Source of the DNA: the human T2T-CHM13v2.0 reference genome, Homo sapiens
DNA length: 64,000 nt
Direction: 5' to 3' (one strand)
Assembly: GCF_009914755.1 (NCBI RefSeq)
Contig: NC_060927.1
A program made the translations under genes and the position numbers. Below, piece by piece: positions 31,900-44,888 of this stretch. The first letter of the stretch is position 1. Each line of letters starts with the position of its first letter. The notes below the pieces were generated by a model. It saw only the letters and a list, made by a program, of their open reading frames with translations, was not told where the DNA came from and made no database searches.

Positions 31900-33480
31900 G
31901 AAGTCAGTGAAGGAAGATCAACTAGTAAATGTTACAATTTACTTAGGAATAAATTTAACAATAAATGTATAGGCCATGTATGTTGAAAACTACAAAAATA
32001 AATTGAGGCACATCAAAACCTTTTGAATCAATGCAGAGATATTCCTAGTTCCTGGATGGGGTTTCAATGTCATAAAGATATCAGCTTTCTTTATGTTAAT
32101 CTACAGAGACCATGGAATTTAGGTGAAAATCCAAGCAATCTTTTATTTTAAAACTGATAAAATCATTAAAAATTATTTTTCCAAAGAATAAAAAAATGCA
32201 AGAAGAGTCATGGATATTCTGAAAAGTATAATAAAAGGAACTTTATCAATGTAGCCAAACTGTCATAAACCTACAATGATTGAATCACCATAGTTATGGT
32301 ACAGGAAGAGAAAATTAGATCAATGGCTTTCTACCAGGAGCTCAAAAATAAATTCAAATATTAATAATATTAATACAATAAAAATTTAGTGCATTTGACA
32401 TTTGCATTATGCATTTAACACAACTAGAGAGCAAATAGATTTAATCTATGATATTGAACTGGCTAGTCAACTGAAAGGTCATTCATACGTCATTCATTAC
32501 ACCAATACAAATTTCAAATGAGTAAAAAATATAAAGGTAAAAAAAAAAAACACTATAAGTAGTAGAAGAAGATAGGTATGAGCAGTTTTATAATCTTTGG
32601 ATAGAGAAGGTCTTTCATTGCATGAAACCCAGGAATTATAAAGAGGAAAAGTAGATAGATTTTACTGCATTCAAAAATTCTGTTCAGCTAGACATAAATA
32701 TGTCGAACAACATAACAAACATAAAAACGGTCCATCACAAATGACAAAACTTAAATTTCACAAATATGACAATGTTAATACCACTAAAATAGAAATAGCT
32801 CTTAAAAACAAATAAGCATAACAATGGATGGAAGGTAACAGAATTTGTGAAACAAAGAATATAAAGAGACAATAAATATGTAAAAAAGAAATGCAAATAC
32901 AGAATTTTAAAAATAACGCATCGAGTTGGCAAAGCAGAAAATAATGTCTAGTTTTAACATGGGAAATGAGACTCACTCATGCTCCACTAGTGGGAGTGTA
33001 AATTTCTACAGATGCTTTGGAAATTGGTAACAGCATTTTAAATTTATATATTCTTAATATTAAAGACACATATATTTGAAGAAGTGTAGAAAGGTAAGTA
33101 CACAAAGATGCTTACTGCAGAATGTATAGAGTAGTAAAAAAAGAAAGAGAAATCAATACAACCAGTTAAATAATGTTACATCCATAAAATGGATTGCTAC
33201 AAAGTCATTTAGAAGAATGACATGGTTTTTCATATTTACTGACATGGAAACATTTCCTATATATAATGTTGTGCAAAAAAGTAGGTTGCAAAGCAATATA
33301 TGTAGAAATATTACTTTTATATAAAAGCATATATAATATTAACCTCTATATATCCATGCAGATGTATAAATATATATTATGTGCATAATGGATGTCTTTG
33401 GGTGGTAAAATTAGGTGACTTTTTAAAATTTTTATTTTATGTATTTCCATATACTTTTCTATAAAAATGTTTATTTTTGT
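31900..33480 (+). mobile_element. Ancient L1M (L1ME-like) ORF2 3' end and 3'UTR
   Basis: Degenerate L1 ORF2 motifs (acttaggaataaatttaac...tgaaaactacaaaa; attagatcaatgg; ctccactagtgggagtgtaaatt); A-rich with no intact ORF. Confidence 0.65.
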
Positions 33481-33759
33481 TTATAGAAACTGTAAAATTT
33501 AATATTTTAATGAATTCATTTTGCTTATCTCTTCAGTTATAATAAAAGTTACTTTATGCTAAAACATGATTTACATCTACAATGAAGTTTTTGCTTTTTG
33601 GTTTTAACTAAATTATATCTAGGGAGTTAGGAAGAAATAAGAAGCTGCTTCCTACAAATATGATTTCCACTTTTGTCTAAACATATTCAAAATAAAGAGT
33701 TAAGATTAATAAATCCCAGAATTCCTGTTCTAAAGAGAAATACAGCAGGAGGTCAACAA

Positions 33760-34295
33760 ATTTTTACTGTAAATAAGAAAAACTACAGCTCAAACTGACT
33801 TACACAACAAGAAAATTTACTATTTTATTGGAAGTCCAGATGAAAGGTGGGCTCCAGATCTGGCTTAATGGTGTATGTGGCCCATTATTGTCATCAGGAA
33901 CTCAAATTATTTCCATAGTTCAGCAACTTCACTATATTCAGCCTTGGCTTCAGCCTAAATTGAGTCTCCTCATGGTTCTAAGATGGCTGCCAGTACCAAT
34001 TATGATACATGCTTCCTTCCATAGTCCATCAGGAGAGGAGCCCCAAAACTTCTCCCCTAAGCATGGAATACAAGTCCTCCACTTTGGTCTGATTGGATCA
34101 ACTTGGATCACCTGGGCACCTGTGAGCCAGCTGTATTCCAGTATAGTGCTGTGTGTTGATGGGTCTGAACTCAGCTGTATCTACTTCTAAAGCTGGGAAT
34201 GGGGTATAATTTTTCATACCTGAAAAAATTACAAGTCTGTTTGGAATTGGGGAATGAATAACAATTAGGTAACCAATTGTGTCTACTAAAAATGG
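33760..34295. mobile_element. Old MLT1-type (MaLR) LTR
   Basis: ctcctcatggttctaagatggctgccag...ctgattggatcaacttggatcacctgggcac. Confidence 0.45.
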
Positions 34296-36061
34296 GATAT
34301 GTAGATATTATATTTAAAATGTACAATCAAAAGCTTCATTTGAACTTCAATTGGCTGTTCATGCTGATTAAACACACTGCGTAAATTTGTAGTTTATCCA
34401 CATTACTTTAATGATATGTGTTGCTTGAGTTCAAGGTTATGAAACAAGTGTAAATTCTCATCCAACGTAAATGTCTCATATCACTATTTTCCTTAAAAAT
34501 CTGCTTTATGATAGGCAGGTTAATTTGCAAATAAAAAAATTACTGTATTCTAGATACCTTTGTTGCTATCATATTTATAGAAAATGTTTCGATTTTTAAA
34601 AAAACTTAGGAGTGAATTTTTATTGTTCTGAAACCATAGCTCAATGACAAAGATAGTATTGAGTAGTAGATTGTGCTGGAAACAAAAGACTATGCCAAAG
34701 GATAGTAATTAGAGAAAGCTTTATATAAAAGCATTTGGATGAGTACACAAGACAGAAATGCACAGAGTTCTTGCTGCGATTAGGGAAAGGGTAAATGTTC
34801 TGCATCACAAATCTCCCTAAATTTGGGCATATACAATATATATAATGTTGAATTTGGTTTGTCCTTTCCAGTGATTCTTACACTATAATTTATTTATTGC
34901 CAGGTCATAAGGAAGTAAACACATATTATTAATTTGGTCTAATATTTAACTTATGCTGCAGCAGACTTGTATTTCTTTAGTGATAAGTAATGGATTGTTT
35001 TCCACACACAAGCAAATGGAGGCGGGAACAAGTGACACATTACGCCCCTCTTTAAGAGCTCAGCATGGCCTTCCGACTCAAATACTAATTGAATATTGAC
35101 TGAAAGATAGCTTTGGGCTCTCCACATAGAAAGAAAACTGAAAAGCTCTTTGGACTAAATGGCAAATCTACAATTGTCTAGAACTGCTGCTTCGGGGGGA
35201 GACGTGCTTCTGATTAATTGAAACAAGTGCACATCTTAACCAGTGTCTGTTTACTTTGAAGGTCTATACTGCTGAATCATAATAACAGCAGTACATAGGC
35301 TGCCTGTGGAAAGAAGACAGTAGAAAGAAATCCTTTTCTTTTCTCCACTGCCAGGCAAACAGGAAGGCTGACAAATTATGTGGGGCTTTTGTCAAAACTC
35401 ATAGGGAGTTGTTTCTAATCTGGCCATGGAAAAATGCTGGAGCAAATCATGTCCTTTGCAAATGAGATATTGGTTTGTGTTGACAATATTCTTCAGAAAA
35501 TAAAGCCTCAAAGTGCCTTATAGGAAAACACATCACTTCAAGACAAGGTCAAGGCCAATCACTCTCTATTTGCCAATCACCCAGAAGTCTACATTATCTT
35601 TGATGGGCCCTCTGCCTTGGTTTAGTGTTATTTCCACTGGAGCTACTCAGAGGTACAGATCATTTTCAAAGGCTCCCCACTGCCTACCAAATAAAGGACA
35701 ACTGACAGTCTAGTAACATTCAGTGTTTACCGCTACCTGATCCTAAGCTACCTTTCCGATCATGTGGCTTTTATATGCTTTTTACTGTAGTTTTGCTTGG
35801 CTTCTGTCTTTGCTCATGCTGTCCCTAGCATATCTGTTTTCCTTCCTACCCAGGTTCAAATCCTATTTGTTCCTCAGCTGCAAATGCAGCCTCCTCCAGG
35901 AAGCAGGCTGTAAGCCTTTGGTAAACAGTGTAGTGTTCTGAAGCCTTTCAGATGATGTAATGACCTGGTGACCCAGGAATATCTGAATCTTACCGTAAAC
36001 CAAAATCTCCTATTCTCTTAAGAGAGCTATAATGACAGATGATGATGACAAATGGAAAATA

Positions 36062-36285
36062 CCATCATCCCTCAGTATCTGCAGGAGATTGGTTCTAGGA
36101 CCATCCCATTCTGGCATACACTAAAATCTCCAAATCTGCATATGCTCAAGTCTCACCGTTGGCCCTGTGGAACCTGCATAGGAAGTCAGCCCTCCCTATG
36201 TGTGGGTTTCACATCCTGCTAATATTATATTTTCAATCCTTGGACTTGCACAGTTCAAACCCACGTTGGTCAAGGGCCAGCTGTA
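36062..36285 (+). mobile_element. MER2/MER2B-like Tigger relic
   Basis: ccctcagtatctgcaggagattggttctaggacc...cacagttcaaacccacgttggtcaagggccagctgta. Confidence 0.7.
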
Positions 36286-37891
36286 AAATCACTATATTAA
36301 AACTTTCAAAGACTGGGCTGGAGTCTTTCTCTACTCCTATGCCCAGATCCAAATCTTACCACCTCTATTAACACATAAAAGATAGAAAAGATGGTACCAA
36401 AGAATGTGCAAGAAGAGACAGAGGATCAGGAATCTTATGCTTCCTATTTATGCAAATAACTCTAACCACTACATGTGGTCCATACAATAACTTTTCTGTA
36501 ATCTTACCACTAAGATAAGACTCTTTCCACTTGGGGAGGAGTGAGAAAGGGCAGGGAGCTTGAACGTTCCTTATTCTCTGGGTGCCTATGCAAATTTAGG
36601 TTGGTTTGGGGGATGAAATCATGTTGGAGAAAGGACAAATCCAAGATTCTATTTTAGTGTGCTTGGGAACACTGAAAGTTTTCTCCCCAGATTCCAAACC
36701 AACACCAGAAGTCATGCCTCCTCCTCTCTCCTTCTATGGGCTTGACATAAACCTGGGTTTATTGTGGGGTTTATGCTTTCTTGGGGCTAAATTAAACTCC
36801 ATCTGCATCCTTTAGGTCAGCTGGAAGCCAGATGGAATCACATGTACATTTTCTGAAATTATGCTAGGTTCAACCATATGAGCTTTGTCCAAGTGTCATT
36901 ATGTGGTTCACAATGTTATGCAGAAGAGTTTTTGCACCTGCAGGGGCATATCAGAATATCGGTCACTGAAATTAAATATAACTTAAAGGGCAGGCACCTT
37001 GCTTTACATTTTTAGAATTTGTAAAAAAAAATGAACATTCATAGCCCACACATTGTGACAAGTACATAAAGTTACTCTAATAAAATGAAGACAAAGATCA
37101 ACAATTGCTGTAGGGAAATGCCTTTGAACTATTGATTCAAGATACTTCTACATATAGGCATTGATTTTCTAAGATTTTTGTACAAATCTCCCCACAAAAT
37201 TATAAAACTGATCTGTGCTGGATAAAACATTCAAGCCTAATTCATGACCTTTTCTCACAGTGTGAAGACATTTATATTCTTCTTTTCTCTCCTTTCCCCA
37301 TAGCTTCCACACATTTCACTTAATCTTCTTAAAATGCTACAATGGTCATGTCGTTGTCCTGCTCAGAATTCTTCAGCAGTTCTCCATTGCCTACAGTGTG
37401 AAGTCTCCCACTCCTTAATCCCCTTACCTTGGTGAAGGGCATCTACCATCATGAACCAACCTTTGTTCTTATTTTCTATCCAATACTGGAATCTTATACA
37501 ATTATATTTGTCTGTTCATATGTCCTCAAACTTGCTTTGCATTATCTCATCTCTAAAGAGAGTTGAAAGTATCCTTCCCTCCTCTCAAAATGTATCACAC
37601 TGCTATCACTTGATCTCAGTCAGCTTGAGGCTTAGTTCAAATACCACTTCTTCCACCCAGCCTGGCCAAAGGCTATTTCATTCATTAGGCAGGAGAGACA
37701 TAGGGACTGGAGCCTTGGAACTCTCCAAGGCGCTAAAAAAAAAAATCCAAGATCCTAAATATAGTCTTCAAAATGTAGGAATAAACATGAAAAATCTAAA
37801 TATTCAATTAAGTGACTTCCAAACACATATTGACTCCATTAATTGTTAAATTTAGTCCTCATAAAAATATTGATAGCATTGAAAACAGTGG

Positions 37892-38182
<291 letters not shown>

Positions 38183-38884
38183 AAGGTTTAAGTTTTCAGG
38201 GATTCCTCTGAATGCACCATGATTCCTGAGAAATCATAGTCATTTATTATATAGACAAATAGCTTCAAAAGCAAGATTGAAAAACATACATTCCAGTTTT
38301 TTCAATAACCAAGTAGATGTGAAATGTGACATACATTTAAATGTTTTATGAGGTGGGGTGGACCCTCTAAAAGCGTGAATCACTATGACTTTCACAATTC
38401 TGCAATAAAATAAAGATTACATAAAATGAAGCAATTTTTTAAAAAGTCTAAAATGGCCCAGGCCATTCTTACTGTAAATTCAAGTCTGACAGTGCAATGG
38501 GAGGAAGCCCTAGTTGCAGTTAAGTGGCCCAGGTTGGTGCTCTGTAGCCCATTCCAACCAGTGGGACTTCTCTGGACCTAACTTTTACTTGTTACAAAAC
38601 AGGAATTTATAACTCGTCTCACATATACTCAAAGGGCTGTTTTAATGAAGCAATGAGATAATCTCAGTGGATAGGCTACAAATTGTAGAGAATATATATT
38701 ACTATTCTGAATAGTTATGAACCAACAATCATGAACTCATGTATCACCTATTTATTGAACACCTATTATATATACATACAATCTGTCAGACACCTGGGGA
38801 GACTAAATGATCTCTGCAGTCAGGAGAAAGAAAAAGAACAGTTATACATTGAAGTAAGGTGTGATGAATGCCTCAATGTAGTTA

Positions 38885-39125
38885 ACATAGCACATGGTTA
38901 AGTGTGAAGGCTGGAGTCAGACTGCCTTGGCCCCAACCCATGTGCTATATCTGTGACCTAAGACAAATTTCTTATCTGCTTTTCCTCTTGGTTTCCTCTT
39001 CTGTAGGATTGGGATGATTAGCACCTATCTTATAAGGTTGTTATAAAGATTAAATGAGATAAGGCTTGTAAATATATAGAACAGTGACTACACAGGGTAA
39101 AGGGCCAATGAATGCTAACTATTTA
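38885..39125. mobile_element. MIR (within L2 pieces)
   Basis: ggctggagtcagactgccttgg...tgtgacctaagacaaatttctta...gattaaatgagataa. Confidence 0.65.
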
Positions 39126-40052
39126 TTCCTATACTTTATAACTGAGTGTTACCTTCTACCTAGGAAAGTAATGAAAGGCAAGGGAGGGCTTTTCAAGCAG
39201 GAGTGCAATGATACTGAGGCTCACAAAGAGCAATGGACAGCACAGGGATGTTAAGTGGCTTAATGGGCTGAAGTGAAGGGTGTGTGCAGGAAAACTGAAG
39301 TAGTTAAGCATGGATGGGGAGCAAAGATCTACTTACGCCATGGAAGTAAGTTTCGATTTTATCCTGTGCAGGCAACAGAAAGCTACAGAAGAATTCTCAG
39401 CCATTGTTTGAAACAATGGTATCAAACAACTTGCAAACACATGCATTCTTTGGTGGTGAGGATGAACAATAAAAGATTTTAAGATGAGTTGCACATTTGT
39501 GCCTTGGCCAGCTCAGTTATATGGTAGCGCCACTGGGTGGCCATTCACAGAGTTAGAAAATAAGGGGAAAGAATCTGGATGAGAAGAAAAATTGTATCAT
39601 TGAATGGTGTGAGGACATTGAAAGGAGATGCCATGGAGGTCAATGCTCCTCCAAGTGTGCTCTGTAGACCTGTGTCATCTGTGAACTACTTCTTATTGGC
39701 CCTCACTGAGATAAAGTGCTTATACCAGAAATTACATCAATTTAGTCACTATGCATACTACTCAATACAGCTGACAACTTTTATAGGAAGACTTTCCTAG
39801 CAGAAGAAGGTAATGAGTTGATTTACATTCTAGTCCAAGCTCTTTACAAAGCATTCACTGACCTGCACCTGTCTGTGGCCACACCTTTAGCAGCACTGAT
39901 GCAAATGGCTAAATGTATGGGTCTGGCAGTCTGGCAAGAGGCCTATGCTGGAGACAAAAGATTTGCAAATTTTAAGTGTAGAGATGTTAGTAGCTAAAGT
40001 CATGATTAGGGATGAAGTTGCTGAGACAGATGGTATGGACAGAAGAAGAGGG

Positions 40053-40460
40053 CTGTCTTTGTTAGGACTGCAATAACCAAGAATCACCAACTGGGTAGCT
40101 TGAGCAACAGATATTGTCAGAGGCTAGGTGATGATCAAGGTGTCATCAGAGTAGGCTCCTTCTGAGGCGTAAGAATCTGTTCCATGCCTCTCCCCTAGTT
40201 TCTGGTAATTTGCTGACAATCTTTGGTGTTCCTTGCTTGTAGAAGCATCACCCCAATCTGTCTTCCTTTTCACGTGGCCTTCTCCGTGTGTGCATATCTC
40301 TGGGTCCAGATTTCCCCATTTTATAAGGACATCAGTCATAATGGATTATAGCCCACCCTAATGACCTCATCTTAATCTTCCAAATAAAGTCATATTCTGA
40401 GGCAGTGGGGGTTAGGAATTTGACATATAAATTTGGGGGGAACATAATAAACCCATAACA
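40053..40460 (-). mobile_element. MLT1B/C (ERVL-MaLR) solo LTR
   Basis: Minus strand begins TGTTATGGG...gttccccc; internal ccttgcttgtagaagcatcaccccaatc and ataaggacatcagtcataatggatta. Confidence 0.8.
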
Positions 40461-41059
40461 AGAGCCAAGAATGGAAATCTAGAAAACACCAATATTTACA
40501 ATTCAGACACTCACACTATCCTGACTTAGTCTACGTCAGTGTATCTCAACTTCTCAACCAGATTGCTAGGTTCCTAGAGATCAGGAAGGCCATCTAAAAT
40601 GACTTTACATACTTTTTCTACAGGATCTAGTGAGTTTCTCATACATAGAAGTGGCTCAAACAACATTGTCTGATGATGTATAACAAACAAAACTTGAATA
40701 TGGAAGAACCCCCAAGAAATGTTTTGAACACAGTATGTTATGACACACTGCCTTATAGACAACAGTTGCTATACTTGTCAGAAAAATCGCCAATGTAGAT
40801 GTTCAGGATATACTTCAACTCATTTGCTTAAACAACTCTATGCCTACCATCCTCACCAAAAAGCTGTTTTTCTACATGGGCAACAGAAGGCATAATTATT
40901 TGCAGGAATTTTCAGTATTTTCCCTTTGCTTTCTTAAGAGGCATAGTAGATTCTCTGGACCACTTGGCATGTTTGCCAAAATCCCATTGTCTTTTTAAAA
41001 GCATCACCACTTCCTTAGGGTTTGTAACTTAGCATGTGCTCCTGGAACACTTAAGGATT

Positions 41060-41083
41060 AAAAAAAAAAAAAAAAAAAAAAAA
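41060..41083. repeat. Poly(A) tract (~24 nt)
   Basis: Uninterrupted A run not attached to an obvious Alu. Confidence 0.85.
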
Positions 41084-42064
41084 GTTAACTTCTAATTATC
41101 CCAGAACTTTTTTACTGCACAGAAGTAATTCTGAGAAGCACGTGATGAATTAATATTTTCCTCCCATGGGCTGTTGAAAAGACATCAATATATTATCAAT
41201 TTATTTCATATCTCTCAATTTTAGAATGGCAGACAGCAGATGGGAACACTTGAGGGCTTGATAATTCAATTTATTTTCAAACCTTTTTCCCACTTGTTAA
41301 AATAAAAGGAATAACACAGCAAAAATAATTTTCTTTGACTAGTGAAATGTATCAGAAAAGTCCATATCTAAGAAGCAGTTTTACTTTTTATTGATGTTTT
41401 CTACATAGCATATTCTTATTACCATATCCAATATGCAGTAGCTCTGTAGTTATTATTTATTTATACCTTAACTACACCCAGAAAGGACTTTAGGCAGCTT
41501 ACAATAAAATAACAGAAAATAATGCCAAAATCCTGTAAGAGAATAAAAGTAGAGAAAATGAGCACATTTATTTATGCCTAAAATATGTAGAACTTACAGG
41601 TTCTGTGATACAACTTTGGCAACATTGTGGCTGATGGTAAATTAAACAGCCTAATTTTCACTAACCCAAATGAAATGCACTAAAAAATGCACACCCAATA
41701 TGAAAACTTATTTCTTTGGCTTCTGCTGATTTTAATGTTTGATCACTTAAACACACACTATGGTGATTCAAGTTCAACTAGGATTCACCCATTGCAAGGG
41801 ATTCATAAAGAAGGCTTTTCTCTACAATGGATCTAGAAATTTGTCACTTTTTGGTATTAACAAACAAAGTCAAAGGTAATAGATAGCATGTTTCTGTAAC
41901 ATAACTTATTTTGAAGCCATTTGGTAATTGGTTCACTCTGAGAAGCTTTTATAAAAGTAAAAATTATAGAGACAACGTCTCTGTAATAAAGGTGACTGTA
42001 TTTTAGACTATTTCCTCTCTTTAGAAGCTCTCTAGGAAATAAAGCATCAGTGTGAAGTCTCAAC

Positions 42065-42420
42065 AGTAGAACACTTACTGAACACCTACTACATGTCAGG
42101 TACTGTTTTGGGAGATGGGAATCTTACAGTCTAGTGAGTGATAGGCATGTGTAAAAAGGGTAATTTAAATATAAACTACAGGAGGTAAAAGAAAAGATTG
42201 ACTAAGGACTTATGGCAATACTTAGCCCACTACAAAGCTTTGAGTAAGGTTTCCTAAAGGAGATAACACTTGAGTTATAATAATTAAAGGATGAACAAGA
42301 GTGAATCGCATGAAGAAAGGTGAGGACGACATTTTGCAATAAGAAACAGTATGAGCAAAGATATTGTAGTCTGAAATACTGTGGAGGAGTTTGGTGAACT
42401 AAAATGCAAGAATACTATTT
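42065..42420 (-). mobile_element. L2 3' fragment
   Basis: cacttactgaacacctactacatgtcaggtactgttttggg...cttacagtctagtgag. Confidence 0.55.
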
Positions 42421-43419
42421 TTACTGTTACTGATAATATTTGTCCATGTACCCCATATTAAAGATTTTAAGCAACTAACATGTTTTTTCTCTTACAATGC
42501 TTAATAATTTTTCCCCATTTTACAGATCAGGAAACTAAGAAGTAAAGACATGGATAATGTCCCCAGGGTCACAAAGTCAACATGTCACAGAGCTGACCAG
42601 GAATTTGAACCAGGGACTGATAGTCCACAGAGTTAGAGGTCTTAGTCTCTGTACGCTATTGCATATTACCTACTTATGCGAGTCTTACTCTATCTAGATA
42701 TATAAAGTTTTGAACATATATATATATGCTTAGAATTTACTCTCTACACAAACATAAAAGCATTTTATGAGTTCATTTTTAATGGTAACAATCAATATGG
42801 TAATAGTCAATATCATAGTCAGTATCATTAGTGTAAACCAACATTTTTAAAAGAGCTATTTGGATTGAGGACAAAAATATTAGGACTTGAAAAAGGCAGG
42901 TGACCTATTCAATGATAACGAGCATAGTGCCTTTCCTCATAGTGGCTATGAAGAAAATAAGGAACTCTGAGGATCCCATCATTTACCAATTGAGTGACCC
43001 AAGACCCCTTTATCTGAGTCTTCTGATAAGCTTGTGGCAAATCTTCCCATGTACATGTGCTTGGCATTAGCCATTTAAAATATCTCCTATGAATTCTATC
43101 CATGTTACTTTTGTTCAAAGTGAGCTTTTGAAGCCAGACAAATGGGTCCCTGTTTTTTGTTCAAAGAAATACAAGTGAAATGTCTCAACAAAAGTGAAAG
43201 AACAGAGATGTATTGTAGCCTGGACCCCCATCTGGTTTATAGGTAACACTCTAATGATAACTACCTGCCTTCTGGTATTCTTGCATTTTAGTTCACCAAA
43301 CTCCTCCATACTGTTTCATGATGATAATAGCAATAATGAATATAAGGCTTGTGATGGCTAGTACTTCATATATATTAACTTGCCCAGTCCTTTCAGATAA
43401 AAACACTGCACATATCAAC

Positions 43420-43680
43420 TTAGCAATAACAAGAGCTGACACTTGTATTGCACTTACACATTCCAGATATTATTTTAACAGCTTTACTATATTATCTCAA
43501 TTAATTTTCACAAAAACCCAATGATCAAGGTACCACTACAATTCCCATTTCATTCATGAGTAAACTGAGCCTCAGAGAGGTTAATTGTCTAAGATCACAG
43601 AGCGAGATAAGGGTACAGCAAGAAAGCAAACCCAGGCATTCTAATTTCACAGTGTATACCCTTAACCACTGTCCTTCACT
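43420..43680. mobile_element. MIR
   Basis: cccatttcattcatgagtaaactgagcctcagagaggttaattgtctaagatcacagag. Confidence 0.7.
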
Positions 43681-44666
43681 GTCCATCAATATATCAATAG
43701 CAAGGGCTAGACTCAATGCATTGGCTGAATTCATCCCCCTTTCCTCATCTGTTAAAAACAGAAATCATATCACATGCCTAGACTGACAAATGAAAAAGTA
43801 ATAATTTTGATCATCGGCCCTCCAATTTGGCAAAAACTATAAAACAAGAAAAGTACTGCAGTTGCCAAAGACAGGGAACACACAGTTCTAAATTTCAGGT
43901 CCTTCTCTTGGATGCTTTACAGGGGCCAGGGTCAGATCAGTGATACTTGTTAAGCAATTGTAAAAGGAGATGGTGTTGGCAAGAACCAGACAGCTTATAT
44001 CCTACCATCCAGATTTATATGGTGGATGGGTATCTTGGACCAATTTAGTTAAAAGTGATTAACATTCTATTATTTAAATGATGGTTGGGTAGTCTTATTT
44101 CCATCCCTTTTTGCAAATCCATAAAAACTCAGGCCCAGTGTTGTCATATCTTCCACTTGTAAGAGAAGCCAGAAATCCAGATTTTTTATGTGAAATATTT
44201 TGATAGTTTTAAATGTTGAGAACTAATTCACAATTTGAAAAGCGCTTTGTGGACAAAATGCATTCGTAGATCAGTTTCAGCCCACAGGCCACAGTTTGCA
44301 ATCTCTCATGTAGTCTGCTGTCTTATAACCTTTTGAAATTTCACCTTATGTGAAGATTTAGAGAGCTGGACTAATGAAATCTAACTTCATCTCTAACCAT
44401 CTTGGATTCTTTAAGACACTGTCTTATTTTGTAATGTAAAAACATACCAAATACAACTTTGAATGAATTTGTAAGTCTTGGTAAAAAGTAATCTCATTGT
44501 CCAGAAAGAACTATCAACTCCTATATCTGGAGAGGACATTAGAAATTATCCAAAGCTTGTCCATCCCCATCTCCACATGAGAGATTTAGAAATTATCCCA
44601 GAGTCTTGCCTACAATCAGTTGTTCATTAGTGGCAGGGTTTGAGCTAAAACACAGGTTTCAAAATA

Positions 44667-44888
44667 TAGGTTGAGTATTCCTTATCCTCAGTGCTTGAGA
44701 GCAGAAGTGTTTTGAATTTTTAAAGGATTTTAGAATATTTATGTCATACTGGTTGAGCATCCCTAATCCAAAAATCTGAAATCCAAAGTGCTTCAATGAG
44801 CATTTCTATTGAGCATCATGTCATGATCAAAAAGATTTTAGAGCATTTCAGATATTATGTTTTTGGATTATGGAAGCTAAATCTGTAT
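44667..44888. mobile_element. Tigger4a/MER46-like DNA transposon relic
   Basis: taggttgagtattccttatcc...ggttgagcatccctaatccaaaaatctgaaatccaaagtgcttcaatgagcatttc. Confidence 0.72.
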
